Source: the human T2T-CHM13v2.0 reference genome, Homo sapiens. From it: 64,000 bases of DNA. The stretch lies in assembly GCF_009914755.1 (NCBI RefSeq), contig NC_060947.1, one strand, 5' to 3'. Within the stretch, counting starts at the first letter, position 1; every line of letters begins with the position of its first letter. The position numbers and the translations under genes were made by a program. The notes below the pieces were generated by a model. It did no database searches, was not told the DNA's origin, and worked only from the letters and a program-made list of their open reading frames with translations. Below are positions 26,911 to 42,230 of the stretch, piece by piece.

Positions 26911-27540
26911 TGTGTCAGTGGTCCCCAAGACCATGCCCACATTCAATGATTTGGTAAGACTCACAGGACTCAGAAGTTGTTATACTACTCATACTTACGG
27001 TTTGTGATAGTGAAAGGACACAAACAAAATCAGCACAGGGAAAAAGATGGATGGGCAAAGTGCAAAGGTGCAAGGGAAAGTAGACACAAGCTTCCAATGT
27101 GCAAGGGAAACCAGGCACACTTCCAAGTGTGTCCTCCCAGTGGGTGCACTTAATACCTCTGGCAATGAGTTGTAATAATATATCCAAAGTATTGTCAATT
27201 GGGAAAGTTCACTCAAACCTTGGAGTACAGAGTTTTTATTGGAGGGCAGACACAAAGGCACATAATCAAACATGATTTTTGAATCTCTAGACTCTTAGAA
27301 GGAAACAAAAAGTGTTTACCACAATGCACACCGCTTGCATGCACTATATACACAATCTTGTTTGTATGGTTCAAGACACTCCTCCCACTCAAAGCATGAA
27401 AAGCCCTCTAATCAATGGGAACATTCTAAGCGCTTAAATCACAGGAAACTAACCAAGGCCCATCACTAAAGTGGGACTTTCTTGGGAATGTGCAGGGTTT
27501 GAGCAACCCAGGCCTGCTGTGTTAAGTCTTTCCTGTATAG
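26911..27540 (-). mobile_element. MER21-family LTR
   Basis: ggtccccaagaccatgcccacattcaatgatt...gactcacaggactcag. Confidence 0.7.
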
Positions 27541-28062
<522 letters not shown>

Positions 28063-28099
28063 TAATTAGAGAGAGAGAGGAGAAAAAAAACCACGCACG

Positions 28100-28437
28100 G
28101 GGGCCAGATGCCTCCAGCCAAAGAAGGTGAGGCATAGAGATCTCTTACCACTAAGGAAGGTATCTGAATCATGTGGCACCAAATATGTCACTGGTGGAAG
28201 TTATCCAAGTTACTGGCGGCAAATCCATATGGATCTGCAGCAACCTCAATTCTTGCCTTCTCGGAAGAAAGAATTCAACGGGGGGCATAAGGCAGGAAAA
28301 AGATGGAGGAATGTTTCAGAGCAGGAGTGGAAGGTTATTAAAAAGCTTTAGAACAGTAAGGAAAGGAAGGAAAGAAAAGAAAGGAAGGGAAGTACACTTG
28401 GAAGAGGGCCAAGCAGCTGACTCGAGAAACCAAGTGC
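28100..28437 (-). mobile_element. MER50-like ERV1 LTR fragment with adjacent PBS/internal sequence
   Basis: tggcaccaaatatgtcactggtggaag...ctgcagcaacctcaattcttgcc. Confidence 0.7.
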
Positions 28438-28574
28438 ACTACACTTTAGTGAATCATGAAAGAAATAATTAACATTGTTTATAAAGTGTGCCTGGCAGAT
28501 GTTATGTGAATATTTGTTTTCTTTTCCCCTGAGTTGGGGAAGGTGAGATTCCTGGTAAATCATCATATTTATTC

Positions 28575-29050
28575 CCTCACCCGTTCTAAAACTCCAATGT
28601 GTACATGAAATATCTGGGGATCGCATTAAAATACAGATTATGATTTGGTTGATTTGGAGATGGGCCCCAAACTCTGTGATTTTAACAAGCTCCTGGGTGA
28701 TGTTGGTGCTATTGGTTCATGGACCACATGATGCCCAGGGTGGGCAGCACTATGTCATGGGGGAAACCAGGGAGCAGGTTTAGTACAGACTCCTTATATT
28801 TCTACCCCCTGACATCTTCTCTTGTTCCATTCCCCTCACCTCAACCTAGTACAACTTAGAGTGTTCCAGGGCAGTAGTTTTCAAGCATTGCTGTTTGAAA
28901 CTATCAAGAATTACCTGGCTTTCCAGTTAAAAGTGCAGATTCTGGGTCCCCACTGCACTGTGGTCCAATTCTGAGATGAAGCTTGGGAACATACTTTTTT
29001 TGTTGTGTTTCTAAAGTGGAACCCTCTGTGATCTGATTTAGGTAGTGGAG
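28575..29050. mobile_element. MER5A/MER5B fragments
   Basis: tttaacaagctcctgggtgatg; aaagtgcagattctgggtcccc. Confidence 0.65.
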
Positions 29051-29165
29051 ACCCCAGAATCTCTATATGAAGGAGGTTGGGATCATCAATGTGATGGAAG
29101 GGAGGGCAAGGATGCTGCTTAGAAGCTGTGTTTACACAGCAAGCACCTGGTTTCTGATGGCTCAG

Positions 29166-29522
29166 TGTATTTGTCTGTTCTCACACTGCTAATAAAGACA
29201 TACCTGAGACTGGGTAATTTATAAAGAAAAAGAGGCTAAATGGACTCACAGTTCCACATGACTGGGGAGAACTCACAGGCCTGGCAGAAGGCAAAGGAGA
29301 AGAAAGGCACATCTTACATGGTGGCAGGCAAGAGAGCATGTGCAGGGGAACTCCCATTTATAAACCCATCAGAACTTGTGAGACTTATTCACTACCATGA
29401 GAACAGTATGAGGGGAACCACCCCCATGATTCAATTATCTCCACATGGCCCCACCCTTGACACCTGGGGATTATTATAATTCAAGGTGAGATTTGGGTGG
29501 GGACACAGCCAAACCATATCAC
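29166..29522 (-). mobile_element. THE1/MST solo LTR
   Basis: tgtatttgtctgttctcacactgct...ccaaaccatatca. Confidence 0.9.
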
Positions 29523-29759
29523 TGAGATTGTGTATTTGTTTGGGTGACTCAGAGGGATGTGATGGAGATTTTTGTGTGGTCTAAATCCTTTTCAAGCCAC
29601 CCCTCAGTGCAGCCACTGGAGGCAGGCCATCTGGGAACCACACTTCTCCTCACTCCAGGGAGGAGCAGGGGACCAAGGGACCCTAGACAAGCTATTTTAC
29701 TCTTTTAAGCCTAGTTTGTTTTATCAGTTGTAAGAGAGTAATAATGCTTACCTGGAATT

Positions 29760-30097
29760 GGATTTTATTTCATTTTACTTTTATTTATTTATTTTTTAGA
29801 GACAGGGTCTTGCTCTGTCACCCAGAGTGGGGTTCAGTAGTGCAATCACAGCTCACTACAGCATTAAACTCCTGGGCTGAAGTGATCCTCCCATCTCAGC
29901 CTCCCAAGGAGCTGGGACTACAGACATGTACCACCACACCTGGCTGCTTTTAATTTTTTTTTCTTTTTTTTTTTTTTTGTAGAGACAGGGGTCTTGCTAT
30001 ATTGCTCAGTCTAGTCTCAAATTCCTGGGCTAACACAGTCCTTCTGCCTCAGCCTCCAAACGTGCTGGGATTGAAGACTTGAGCCATAGTGTCCAGC
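29760..30097 (-). mobile_element. AluJ
   Basis: gagacagggtcttgctctgtcaccc...gctgggattg. Confidence 0.92.
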
Positions 30098-33000
30098 AAA
30101 AATGGAATGGGATTTTATAATCAAAGAGCTCAGAGGAGACACCCAGGAAATTATATTTGCTCTTTTTATTGGTTCTCTTATACCTGACTGGAGTAGGGAC
30201 TTCACATTGAAACTAATGTAAGTGTGTTTGACATATTACTCTGTCTGTTCTCTTTCTCTCCTTCAAGAATGATGCCAGGAGGATTAATAGGTGGAAGTAA
30301 TCAGAGCTCTGGTTTCATGGTCATGTCATTCGTTCTTCCAGCAGCTTGTATAGTGCAGCCATCAAAAGTGGTGAGGAGGCTGCTCTGGAGCTGTGCACAC
30401 CTAGGGTGGAAAAGCTCTGTCTAGATTTCTCATTCCAAGGTTACCTGCCCCTCCAACATTAAAGGGAGAATTGGCACGGAATCCTGAGATGGAAAGGGCC
30501 TTGGAAGTTCCAACCCCAGATCTTCCTTTGCTTGTACAGAGAAAGAGACTGAGATCAGGAAAGGTTTGATGATGACGTCTGGCAGTATTAGGAATACAAA
30601 CTTATCCCCTTTGCTCTCACACAATTGTTTTATGCACTGCACCATTCTGCTTCCCTACAAATAGGAGCAAATTAGCTCCCACCAAAAGAGTACACCCTGT
30701 GGGGAAATGACTGGAAGGTCAATAATACGTATTTGTATTGACTTAAGGAATAGTCAAGCTGCTAAAAGGGTTGATGCTAGTTTTCTTCCCTTGACGTATT
30801 TATTAATAATTTAGGATATGGGGAAAATAAGATGCCTTCTGGAATTGATATTAGTTGTAAAGCATCATATATCAGAGGAAAAGCGAAGTAAGGCCAGGAG
30901 ACCAAAATGTTAGATTGTGAGATTAAAATAATGCTAGATCTTCAAATGGGCAAATGATGCACAGTGTGAGAATAAATAAATACCTGTATGTTGTTTTGCT
31001 TTTTATTGTGGTTTATGTTTATGGTTGGATTGCAGTGGTTATGTTTTAATTATCTAAAAAAAATGATACCAGTTGTCCTCTATCCAAATGAACATTGTCT
31101 ATCAAAGTGGTCAACTTCTAAGGCTACGTGCTTAATCCAATGATGTTGGCACTACTTAAAACATTTTTAAATGCCTAAGGCATTTTCTTTAAATATTCCT
31201 ATTAATGGCAGATTTTTGTAGAGAATCAACTATGTTTGGTATGATGCAAAAAAATCTTTAGGAGAAAATGTGTGTCCCTATAAAGGTTGTGGAAGGTTGG
31301 GAAAATCATTTGGAGTAAAACAAAAGAGGAGTAGATTACTGAAAACATGACGATGTTTTCGAAAGCGATCCATATGTTCTAAAGGAACAGTGGGATGATG
31401 TGATGTGAGAGAAGTGCTCATCTTCCAAATCTCTCCCAGTGACTCTACCTTAGTTTGAATGTGAAACAGTTTTAAAGGCAGATGTGCTCTGGACTGCATT
31501 CATCAAACATTTAGCCAGCACTCTTGGTGCAATGATGCCTCCATTGTCTCCACTGGTGAAAGACGTGTGTGGGCAGAAGCTGAGCTATTGCAAAGTTCAG
31601 TGATTGCTACCTGTGGAAGGTGGTGATAGAAGTGTCAGGCTGATGTGAAGACAGGCATGGCATGGCCTAAGATCTGCCCATTTAATCTGGTGCTCCCCTC
31701 TCTTCTTGATGCAAAGAGGAAAAGGAGATACTTTAGTCTCAAAGTCAAATCAGAGTGATGCATGGAGACAGTTAAATGCTGTTTGCCTCTGTGATGCCAA
31801 TGAGCTGCAACCCTGGTTTTCTATTCTTTGCTCAACACCAGAAGTTAAGGCTATGGGAAGGGATGCATCACGGCAGCTGTACACTGAGAATGAGCCCAGA
31901 GGAGAGCTTTTTAGAAGCATCTGCTCGTCTTTATTTGAGAAACTCAGCCCTTTCGAGTCGCTTGGATCAAGTATAGCTTTCTAAGGTGAGAAGAAACTTG
32001 AAAGGCAGTTCTGATATCTAATATGGAATTCTTATTATTGCATAGGTTCATTTCACGTCATTCTAGAAAGTTATAGGTGCATTTCACGGTTCAAAAGTAG
32101 AAATGTCAGGAGAAAACATCAAAAAGAGAAATCCCATTTTACACTGATCGGAGATCACAGGGTGTAAGATGAAGGAACTGAGAAGTAGAAAAACATAACC
32201 TCACTCACCTGCCCAGAGTTGCTGCTTCCTGCTGGCTGGGGTGCCTTGGTTTGCATTGTATATGACCTCTCTCCAAGAGTCTACACTTGTCTTCCTCAGT
32301 GTATGGTGGCCTCAGAGTTCCTTTACCAGGGGACAAGAGTGAAAGCTGCAAGGTCTCTTAAGATTGAATTCCCAGACTTCGCACAGCATTTACTCTGCCA
32401 CATTCTGTGTGTCAAAGTACATAACAAGCCTATTCTCAGATCAAGGGCATGGAAATAGACTCTGTGTCTTTATGGTGGACACAGGAAGGTGTCATTCATC
32501 AGGCATTATTAGGAAGGCAATCTGCAACATTTCTTTCTGAATTGCCTCAAAGAGAACATGACTGGCATCTTGATTTCTGAAGTCCATGTCTTAAATCCTC
32601 ACATGGTTCCTTTTGTGACACAGTTTCTATTTATTGAAAAGCTAAATCTGGAAGAAGGAAATCATAAAGGAAGATCTATAGAAACATTTATTCTTGAATA
32701 TATATGTATGTATATATCACAAAAACTACGGGTTTTGATATTCTGCAGTTAAATTTGTTCATATGGTTGTTCATTTAATTTACTTATTTAACATATTTCA
32801 ATAAGTAATACATGCACATGGCAGAAAATTCAAAGGTACGAAAGGGCATACATGGATTGAAAAGTAAGCCTTTTTTCCATATCATTTCTCTCTACCACTC
32901 AGTTTCACCATAAGAAACCATATTGCTCTATTTGTAGAAAATTTGGATTTATATCATTTTATTCTATTCAAATCAAATACTCAAGATTAAATAAGAAGGA

Positions 33001-33799
33001 GACCCATAGAGATGGGGAAAGGGGTATATTTATTTGATTACAACAAACTATGAAGTCATCAACTGACTGTACCACTTTCTGCTGCCTCACAGATTAAAAA
33101 CATAAATAACAGAAGGAGAAAGAAAAAATTGTGGAGATGTATACAGGTAAGAATCTAGGAAGCCCCACCACAACCCATCCTCCTGACTTGCAAAATGCCC
33201 GGCAAGGTGACAGTGTGGAGGATGATTAATTATCACTCTGGTATCCCCAGCCATCAGAAAGTGCCCTTTTTAAAGGACCTATAAAATATTAATAAGGTCC
33301 ACAAGTTTATTTAGCTAATGTGTGACACCAATACATTGTATCACCATTAGTTTTTGTCTGCGATGCTACAATGTGACTTATAAGGCAAACATGACTACTG
33401 TTAAGATTTAGGAAATAGGTATGAGCTTGGTGGCAGGCAGGAGAAATTACTGAGAAGATGACAGTATTTTCAATTCATTTCAGTAGCATACTTGGTGCAG
33501 AAGCCAGGTTGTGGAGAATTGAGCAGTAATAGCTCAAGGACAAGTAATAGACAACCCTGTTAATAAGTTTATCTGTGAAGGAAAGAATAATAGCTACAGC
33601 AAGTCATTCAATCACATAAGTGATGTTTTCATGGGAAAGACTTGAACATCAGCCTTACCTATTGCTACAGGCCAACTTACTCTTGGAGTAAAGCAAGCTT
33701 TATGGAGAGTCACATATATATGCCACCCCATCTTTAGTAGACACCGCAGGCTCCCATGATCTGAGTCAGAGATGACAGGGGAGAAGCTAAGAATTGTAG

Positions 33800-34030
33800 C
33801 TCGCATTTACTGAATGTTTGCTACACGCTAGACCCTGTCTTGTTTAATTTACACAAATTATGCCATTACAACTTCACAGCAATCCAGTTGGGTACCATTG
33901 TTGTACCTGTCCTACAAGCGAAGAAACTGAGGTCTACAGAGGTTAAAAAATTTCCTGAAAGCCACTCAACTAATCTGTGACAAGGCTAATATCAGACCCT
34001 GAGTAGCCTGATGACAGAAGTCACCATGCT
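33800..34030 (-). mobile_element. MIR
   Basis: cctacaagcgaagaaactgaggtctacagaggttaa. Confidence 0.6.
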
Positions 34031-34382
34031 ATACACCACCCCTGACTGAGCCTCACACAAAAGAATGTCAAAACGTGCAGGGATATTTGAACATATCAAC
34101 CAATCTTGTTGTAGCCATAAAGTCCATGAATGTAGAGGTTGGGCCCAAGTGTTCTCCTTTGTCTCTCCGGTTCCCTCTCACTTACATATTTCATTGTAGA
34201 TACAATTAACCTTCTTATGATCAGACAAAGCTCTTAAAGATTCCAGAGATTACTCAATGGTGCAACTTACTCTGAACACAACACAAACTTATCCACTCCA
34301 TGATGACTGAAAAGACTAAACAAGAGAACTCTGTTCTCTTCAATGTGAGAGGGATGTCTGGAGCAGAGAGAAGTCAGGTTGG

Positions 34383-35337
34383 TGTGATGATTAAATTTTA
34401 CAAGTCAATCATGGCCAAACACCAATTTAGATATTGCTGCAAAAGTATGTTGTAGATGGGATTAACATTCCCTATCACTTGACATCAAGGAGTTGACCCT
34501 CAATACATGGTGGCCTACATCCAATCCCTTGAAGACCTTAAGAGCTGAAACAGATTTCCTAGAGTAAAGAAATTCAGCCTCAGGAAATTCAAGACAGTAA
34601 CATAGAAATCCTGAGTTTCCGGCATACTGCTTCCTCTACTTATTTTAGACTTGCCAGTCCTCATCATCAGGTGAACCAATTCCTTACAAGTAAATGTCAT
34701 CGATGGATACATATAGAAAGACAAAAACGTACATCTGCATGTGTATTTGTCTATCTATCTATCTATCTATCTATCATCTACCTGTCAATCATTTCTCATC
34801 TATCTCTTGCTATTTATATCTACTTATCCATGTCTATCTATCTATCTATCTATCTATCATCTACTTATCTGTCAATCATTTCTCATCTATCTCTTGCTAT
34901 TTATATCTACTTATCCATGTCTATCTATCTATCTATCTATCATCTATCTATTGATCTATCTATAATCTACCTATCATTTACGTGTCAATTGTTTGTCATC
35001 TATCACTTGCTATTTATCATCTACCTATCCATGTCTATCTATCTATCTATCTATCATCTACTTATCATCTACCTGTCAATCATTTGTTATCTATCTCTTG
35101 CTATTTATCATCTACCTATCCATGTCTGTCTATCTATTGATCTCTCTATAATATACCTATCATCTGCCTATCTGTCAATCATTTGTCATCTCTCTTTAGC
35201 TATTTATCATCTACTTAGCCCTATCTATCTATCTATCTATCTGTCATCTATCTTTCAATCATCTATATATCTATCTGTCTACCTCATTATCTATCTATCC
35301 TATTGGTTTTGTTTCTCTGGAAAACTCTGACCAATGC
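34383..35337 (+). mobile_element. MLT2-type ERVL LTR with expanded (CTAT)n/minisatellite at ~34750-35300
   Basis: tgtgatgattaaattttacaagtcaa...cctattggttttgtttctctggaaaactctgac. Confidence 0.85.
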
Positions 35338-35569
35338 AGTCAGTGTGAAGGGACAGATCAATATGACTGATAACTCACAGGTAAAACTTATATTTATGAA
35401 ACCAGCTTTCTTTCACATTGACTGTTACTTGATTACTCACACCCAGGGCTTCTATCTGGATTTGTTCACAGTGTTTCCTTTATCTTCAGTCGCTCTTCTC
35501 TTTTTTCAGTGTTTTTCATCTTCATCAACGTAGATTTCTTTTTGTCTCCTGGTGGGTTTTCTTTCTCCC

Positions 35570-35917
35570 TGATATGGTTTGGCTGTGTCCCCACCCAATT
35601 CTTATCTTGAATTGTAACTCCCATAATTCCCACATGTTGTTGGAGAGACCCAGTGGGGGGTAATTGAATCGTGGGGGCAGGTCTTTCCCATGCTGTTCTG
35701 GTGATAGTGAATAAGTCTTACGAGATCTGATGGTTTTATAAAGGGGAGTTCCCCTCCACATGCTCTCTTGCCTGCTGCCATGTAAGATGTGACTTTGCTC
35801 CTCATTCACCTTCCGCCATGATTGTGAGGCCGCCCCAGCCATGTGGAACTGTGGAACTTTATAAATTATGTAGTCTCTAGTATGTCTTTATTAGCAGCAT
35901 GAGGACAGAATAATACA
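35570..35917 (+). mobile_element. THE1/MST solo LTR
   Basis: tgatatggtttggctgtgtcccca...ttagcagcatgag...taataca. Confidence 0.92.
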
Positions 35918-36972
35918 CTTTCCTAATGTTTCATTGGCACTTTCATGTTCTTTTAAGTATTTTATCAGGCTTATCCAAATTTATATAGTTCCTAGAATTT
36001 TAACTTTTGATTAAGGAAATACATGGTCAGAAATATAACATTCTTATAAAAATCACTACTTACCAGTCACTTTAATATATCAATCAAGAAGCATTATTTC
36101 CTGTGATTCAGGAGGTGAACACTTGTTTTGGCTACAATGAATTCATGTGAAAACATGTACAATCCAGTGAAACGAATTATTACGCAATTAATATCTGAAT
36201 GCATTTGTATGTTTTTTGGCTTACCACCTGTCTCTCAACCATCTAGCCATGCATGAATACTATCAGGCTTGTCTTATTTATAATAGGAACACCTAATCAT
36301 TGTGTTATTCTAAATTTTTATTTGTATTTCCAGATTATCAACCCACCTGCTAATTTAGATTATTGTTTAGAAAAGCAGCATAGCTCTTTTATTTTATCAA
36401 AGGTCATTCAGTAAATTTAATATATTTGATGCCAGAAAAAGAAATCTCTTTACACAAACATACCCTCTACAAGTTACAAGTTAAAAGCAATATTTATTTA
36501 AAATAGCAAACAATAAACTTTTAATCGCTACCACTGTCTTACATTATTTTATGCAATATGCCATAGCTAAGAAAATCTTCTCTACTTTTTTCCTATCCAG
36601 TTAGTGAATACATTTTAAGTATTAAATGGAAGAATTAGATTCTTAGGCGAGACAGAATACATATAAAAAGATGTTAATATTTAATAATAAAAGTTGAAAA
36701 TATATTACAAAATAAAGTAAGAAATTTTATTATCTCCAAGAGTATCCTTTTTATAAATTATTTTTCTTGGTTTCTTGTGCTGTTTAAATTTTCTTGATTT
36801 CTTTGCAATGATATTGCTTTGCAGATACCTGAATTATGTCGTGTCTACAGATCCCATGAGTATGTAGCCATAGCAATGAACAACACAGGTAATGGTTCTG
36901 ATTTTATATGGATTCATGAACCCTCGAAATTAGACCTTTCCCATTTTAAGAAAAAAGAAAGAAACATCTCTA

Positions 36973-37185
<213 letters not shown>

Positions 37186-37831
37186 ATTAGGTATATAGAA
37201 TATTTTACATACTATGCTCATATGTACAAAATGAGTAGTTGGAAGTAAATGTGAGAATAAACAGTATGCAGTGGATGAAACATATATTCTAGTTTGAAAA
37301 CTCAGAAGTGCACATTTAAAGAGAAAATCTATAAACCTGACTGCTTTACATTAGTGGAAAAAGTAGTCTGAATTATGTTACAATTTGCAGGTATATACAT
37401 ATTTATTACTTTAAGAACTTGCACAATATGTAAAGAAGAGCTTTGCTTTACATGAGTAACATTTTACTAAGTGATGTCTAAATCATCATGAATTCTCAGT
37501 TAGCTAGAGCAGCAATAATGACATTTTATTGTAGGAGAGGAATATCCTAATGAATGTAGCTTAATCTGGTATTTTCAGAAGTGGCTTTTCATCAGGTGTA
37601 GAACCTGGATTAACAGCTGATTTTGCCTACATCATATTTGATTCTCAGAAAACTTTCCAGTATGATAGATAAAAATTATAAGGATCTGATGTAAACTCCT
37701 GAGGCCATAACTTATGCCCATTTTCTAAGGCAATACTTAAAACAAAAATTTTTAACAGCAATAAACTCTGTTCTTGTGACCACCTCATTTTCCTCCTCAA
37801 AATTCACAACCTATCTCCATTACTGCGTGAC

Positions 37832-38149
37832 TTTTTGTTTTGTTTTGTTTTTTAGCGACAGGGTCTTCCTCTATCACCCAGGCTGGAGTGCAGTGGAGCG
37901 ATCATAGCTCACTGAAGGCTCAAACTACTGGGCTCAAGTGATCCCCCTACCTCAGCCTCCCGAGTAACTGAAACTACCGGTGCGTGGCACCCTGCCTGGC
38001 TAATTTTTTCTTTTTTTTCTTTTTTTTTTCTTTTGTACAAACAGGTTCTCACTACGTTGCTCAAGTTGATCTCAAACTCATTGCCTCAAGCGATCCACTC
38101 ACCTCAGCCTCCATGCTAGGATTACAGGCATGAGCCACCACACCCAGCC
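37832..38149 (-). mobile_element. AluJ
   Basis: gacagggtct...gatcatagctcactg...gccaccacacccagcc. Confidence 0.92.
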
Positions 38150-39459
38150 CTAAATGACATTTAATTTTGGAAATCTCCCACCAATTCAATCCAGCCTAAA
38201 TTATTTGTACCACTCTTTCCTTTTGATCATCCATTATTTTTAAGTATCAACATTCAACTCTCTATGTTTCCTCATAGTTTTGTATATTACATCCCACTTC
38301 GTTTATCCCTAGGTCTTCTCAAACAAATTACCAGGGAATCTCCTCAAACCTTTTTGCAGATGTCTCCTCTTGCTCCTTTCCTTCCTGTTTCTATATTTGT
38401 CATTTAGAATTTGAGACCTGCTAAAGACAAACCACACATTTCTTCCAGTTCCTGTGTGGGAAGGTCAAAGGTCTATGTGTGTGTCTTACTGACATGTCCT
38501 TTCCTGTAAACGCTGTACCTGGTGTTCCCATAAAATCTGGCTTCTTGAAAATGGCAATAATGACTGCATTCATGTGTTGAGTGTGTTCTCTGGATCAGTC
38601 ATTTCATTGGGTTCTTGGAAAGTGCGTTTTATCTAATTGTCACAGATACATGACAAGGACAGTGTTTTTTTCATCATCCCCATTTTATAGATGATTGAGC
38701 TGAGGTTTCTTTGAGTTAGGTACTGGACCCACAGTGGAAAAATTAGTTCTTCATTCCAGATAATGTCTTAGAATTTTTCCAGCTCTGATGTTCAAAATTT
38801 AAATTTTGTCATGGAAATAAAGTAACATGAATCTCCACTACAGAAGTGGCGAATAGCTTAGCTTGGTTGAAGAAAAGTTTGCATTCTAAGCTGACTTCAC
38901 AGATTGTAGAATCCACTGACCTTCTATAGAAGAAGTGAAGAAAGTCTGAGAAAATTCCCCACAATCTCTCCTTGATTTCTTCCCCATGAGTTTGCACTGA
39001 GGACCAAGTTCCACCTCTAAAGACAAATCTTATGGTGTTGAAACAGCCTTTTCCCAAGGGAAAATTGAGTCTCATTTTCATGGGATGCTAATTTTGATGC
39101 TCTGAAAAAAAAAAAAATCCTATTTGGTGGTCAAATAAATTTGAGAGTCCTGGACTAAATAAAACTGAAATGAGTTTTATTTTTTGTTATTTGGGGTTTT
39201 TTGTTTGTTTTTTTTAAAGCCATGTGTTCATAGAGTATCTGGTGTATTCACTCCTGTCTCTGAGAGGGTGACATGATATACATGCATTGACAAATTTATC
39301 AGACTGTAGAACTCCAAATTTTTTTTGATGCACCCAATACCTATTAATAAATCTCAAAAGTGTTTATCTAAGGGACTGTTATGTTAAGATTTTTTTTTAG
39401 TATGCCCTGATTAATGTACAAATACCCCAAAATGACTCATAGAATAAGCCAATGGCCTC

Positions 39460-39603
39460 CCCTCAGCCCAGGATTCATTGGCTGCACACTAGAATCACAG
39501 GAGGCCTCATAGGAGCTTTAGAAAACATTGTTGCCAGAATCTGTTGAAATTTTTGGAAGCTGCCCAGGTTATTCTAATGTGCAGCCAAGGTTGAGAAGCA
39601 CTG
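39460..39603. mobile_element. MER5A
   Basis: ggctgcacactagaatcac...ttctaatgtgcagccaaggttgagaagcactg. Confidence 0.75.
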
Positions 39604-41917
39604 GCTTAGGCTGAGCACAAAATTGGGTTATCGGAGTGCTGTGCAGGTGTGCTTGGGACTTGTGGGTGGACTCTCCGGAGGCAAGAATTGGGAGGAAGAA
39701 ATTAATAGAGATGAGGTAATGGGTGAAGGAGATCCAGAGTCTGAGGAAGCATCTATGAGGGAAAAGTTAAAACCCTGCATGGACTTTAGAGAACAAAAAG
39801 GGTTTTGAGATTGGCATAGGAAGTATTGAAAAAGAGAAACTTTAAAAAAATGAAGGGAATACACTTTCTTCCTACATATTATACTTTTGCTGTCTGCCTG
39901 CCAGTCCCAGCTACTTGGAGACAGGTAGTGAGGTGGATATTTAACTCGAAGTATACACAGTTAGCAAGCATTACAATGGTTCTATCTTTGTGTGACTTAC
40001 ACTGTGCCTATCACATGTCGGTATCAATAAACATTCATGGAAGTAAACAGGGAGCCCTGATTTTTAAACTCTAAATTAACACTTGACGTTAACACACATT
40101 CATTAAGAATCAGCAGCATGCTAGTCATGATAACTGTTAAACCAATTCCAAATTATAGATTTTACTCCTATGAAATTGCATATCTCTAGCAGTGTGTGCA
40201 AGCCACAAATAATATGCTTTCTCTCTGCCTGGGCACTGTTATATTCATTAAAATGCATTCGATTTCTCTTTAATTTGTAAACTGAAGCAAGCATTCAATA
40301 AGATTCTCTGCAACCTATTTATTCACCTGCCTTTGCAGTTGCTGTGCAATGTCATTCCTCTACAAGAAATGGATATTTCTTTTCCAATCTTTAATAATTA
40401 AGCAAGTGTGATTTTCCCCTCTTTTAGTTGCCTTAGCACCCTCTAATTGGGAGGGTCTATTTTGTATTCTATTATTTCACTTCCATCCCCTATTTCCTCA
40501 TGAAATAAAAATCATGTGTTCAAGTACCTTGCAAAAAGTACATGGTAAGCTTTCTTTTAAAACCATGTCTACTTTCAGAGAAGAAGCTTTGGACTATAAA
40601 TATATTTGAGTGAGGGTGAAAATGCAAAACCGATTTGGTTTTTGCTTCCATGCTTCAGATCTACAGGTCATTAATTATTTATTTTCATCCTGAAAGCATT
40701 TTTTTTCTATCTATACAATGCCCAAGCCTCTCAAGGAATTTTAAGCAATAAAGGTAAAAAGGTTTTCTGTTTTTGATAAATAATATTGAGTTTAAAATAA
40801 CTGGTTGAAGAAAGGCATTGGGAATGCTTCCGTGATGTACTGTGAGCATGGATCTGCTGGTCATGCATTATTTAGTATATTCTATATGGGGAAATACACT
40901 TTGCATTTGGGTTTTGAAAGAGGAGTTTTGAAAATGGTGTTTTGCATCTGAATTCTGCTTTTTCACTAGACTGCATTTGCAACGATGCATGTCTGCAAGA
41001 CCCCATGGACAACTTTCATCTGATGCACGCACTCATTCTTGCTTTGACACTCCAAGCCAAGTCACATTTGTTTCCACCAAGTCAGACAACTTCGATGGCT
41101 CTCTGCATCTCACTATATCTCTGTCCTGCTGATGCCACCAAATGACCAGAGATGGTCCAGACAATTTACAAGAAAGGACGTGGGCAAGCCTCATGCAAAG
41201 TAAGAAATAGCTAGCTTGTCTTTGGTATTTAGCAATGTTTAAATTGATTTGCTCTTTCCTCACTTCACTCCTGGCTAGCTCCTCGGGATTTAGAGTGCTG
41301 ATGCCCAAGTATTGAATTGTAATTGTTCCGGATCTGAGCTGCCATCCCTGAGCTCCCTACCTCCAGTGTACATTTTTTTTTTCCAGAATTACATCTCCCT
41401 CCTTTTCCTCTTTTATTTTTTGCATTGTAATGCTTCTATCAGGCAAACCCGTAACAAATTAAGATGCCTGAAACAGTTAACGTAAAAAAAGATTGTTTAT
41501 TTTTCAAATTGAAATAAAAGCATGTAGCATAAACATTGATTTAATTTTTAGTGTAATTTCAGGCTGTTTTCTTTACAACTTGAATATGTCTTCCTCTTCC
41601 AAGGTTTGGTTTCAAGGCCATCTCCCTCATACCACCTGCTGCCATGCACCCCGTCCTCATGCCCCACTCTTTCGGAAAGGATTCTTTCTTATTTAGAGGT
41701 ATCACAACTTTTTTTCTTAGCTTCTATTATGCATTTTATTCTGCCTTGGAGAGTGAGTTGCTGACATGCCCTTATTGATATAAGCTACATGATGGCAGCA
41801 GTGAGGTGTCACATTACCTTATCATTTTCAGTAGAAACAATGATTCTTCCATGGCCAGGTTTTAAAACCTCTTGCCATAGAAGTCATTGTTTTTACTGAA
41901 ACATTCTGTTTTAAAAC

Positions 41918-42036
41918 CAGCTGGATGTAGTGGCTCACGCCTATAATCCCAACATTTTTGGAGGCGGAGGCGGGAGGATCGCTTGAGTCCAGGAGTTTGA
42001 CGCCACCCTGGGCAACATAGGGTGACCCAATTGCTA

Positions 42037-42067
<31 letters not shown>

Positions 42068-42230
42068 CAATTAGCCAGGCTTGGTGGCGCATGTCTGTGG
42101 TCCCAGCTACTTGAGAGGCTGATGTGAGAGGATTGCTTGAGACCAGGAGATAGAGGCTACAGTGGGCTGTGATCGTGCCACTCTGCACTCTGGCCTGGGT
42201 GACAGAGCAAGACCCTGTCTCAATCAATCA
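41918..42230 (+). mobile_element. AluJ with expanded middle A-tract
   Basis: ggctcacgcctataatccc...gaggattgcttgag...gcaagaccctgtctc. Confidence 0.92.

Noticed and set aside
34671-35330. 219-aa ORF (YLSI-rich)
   Set aside because: Translation of the (CTAT)n satellite in MLT2; the same applies to 17110-17394.
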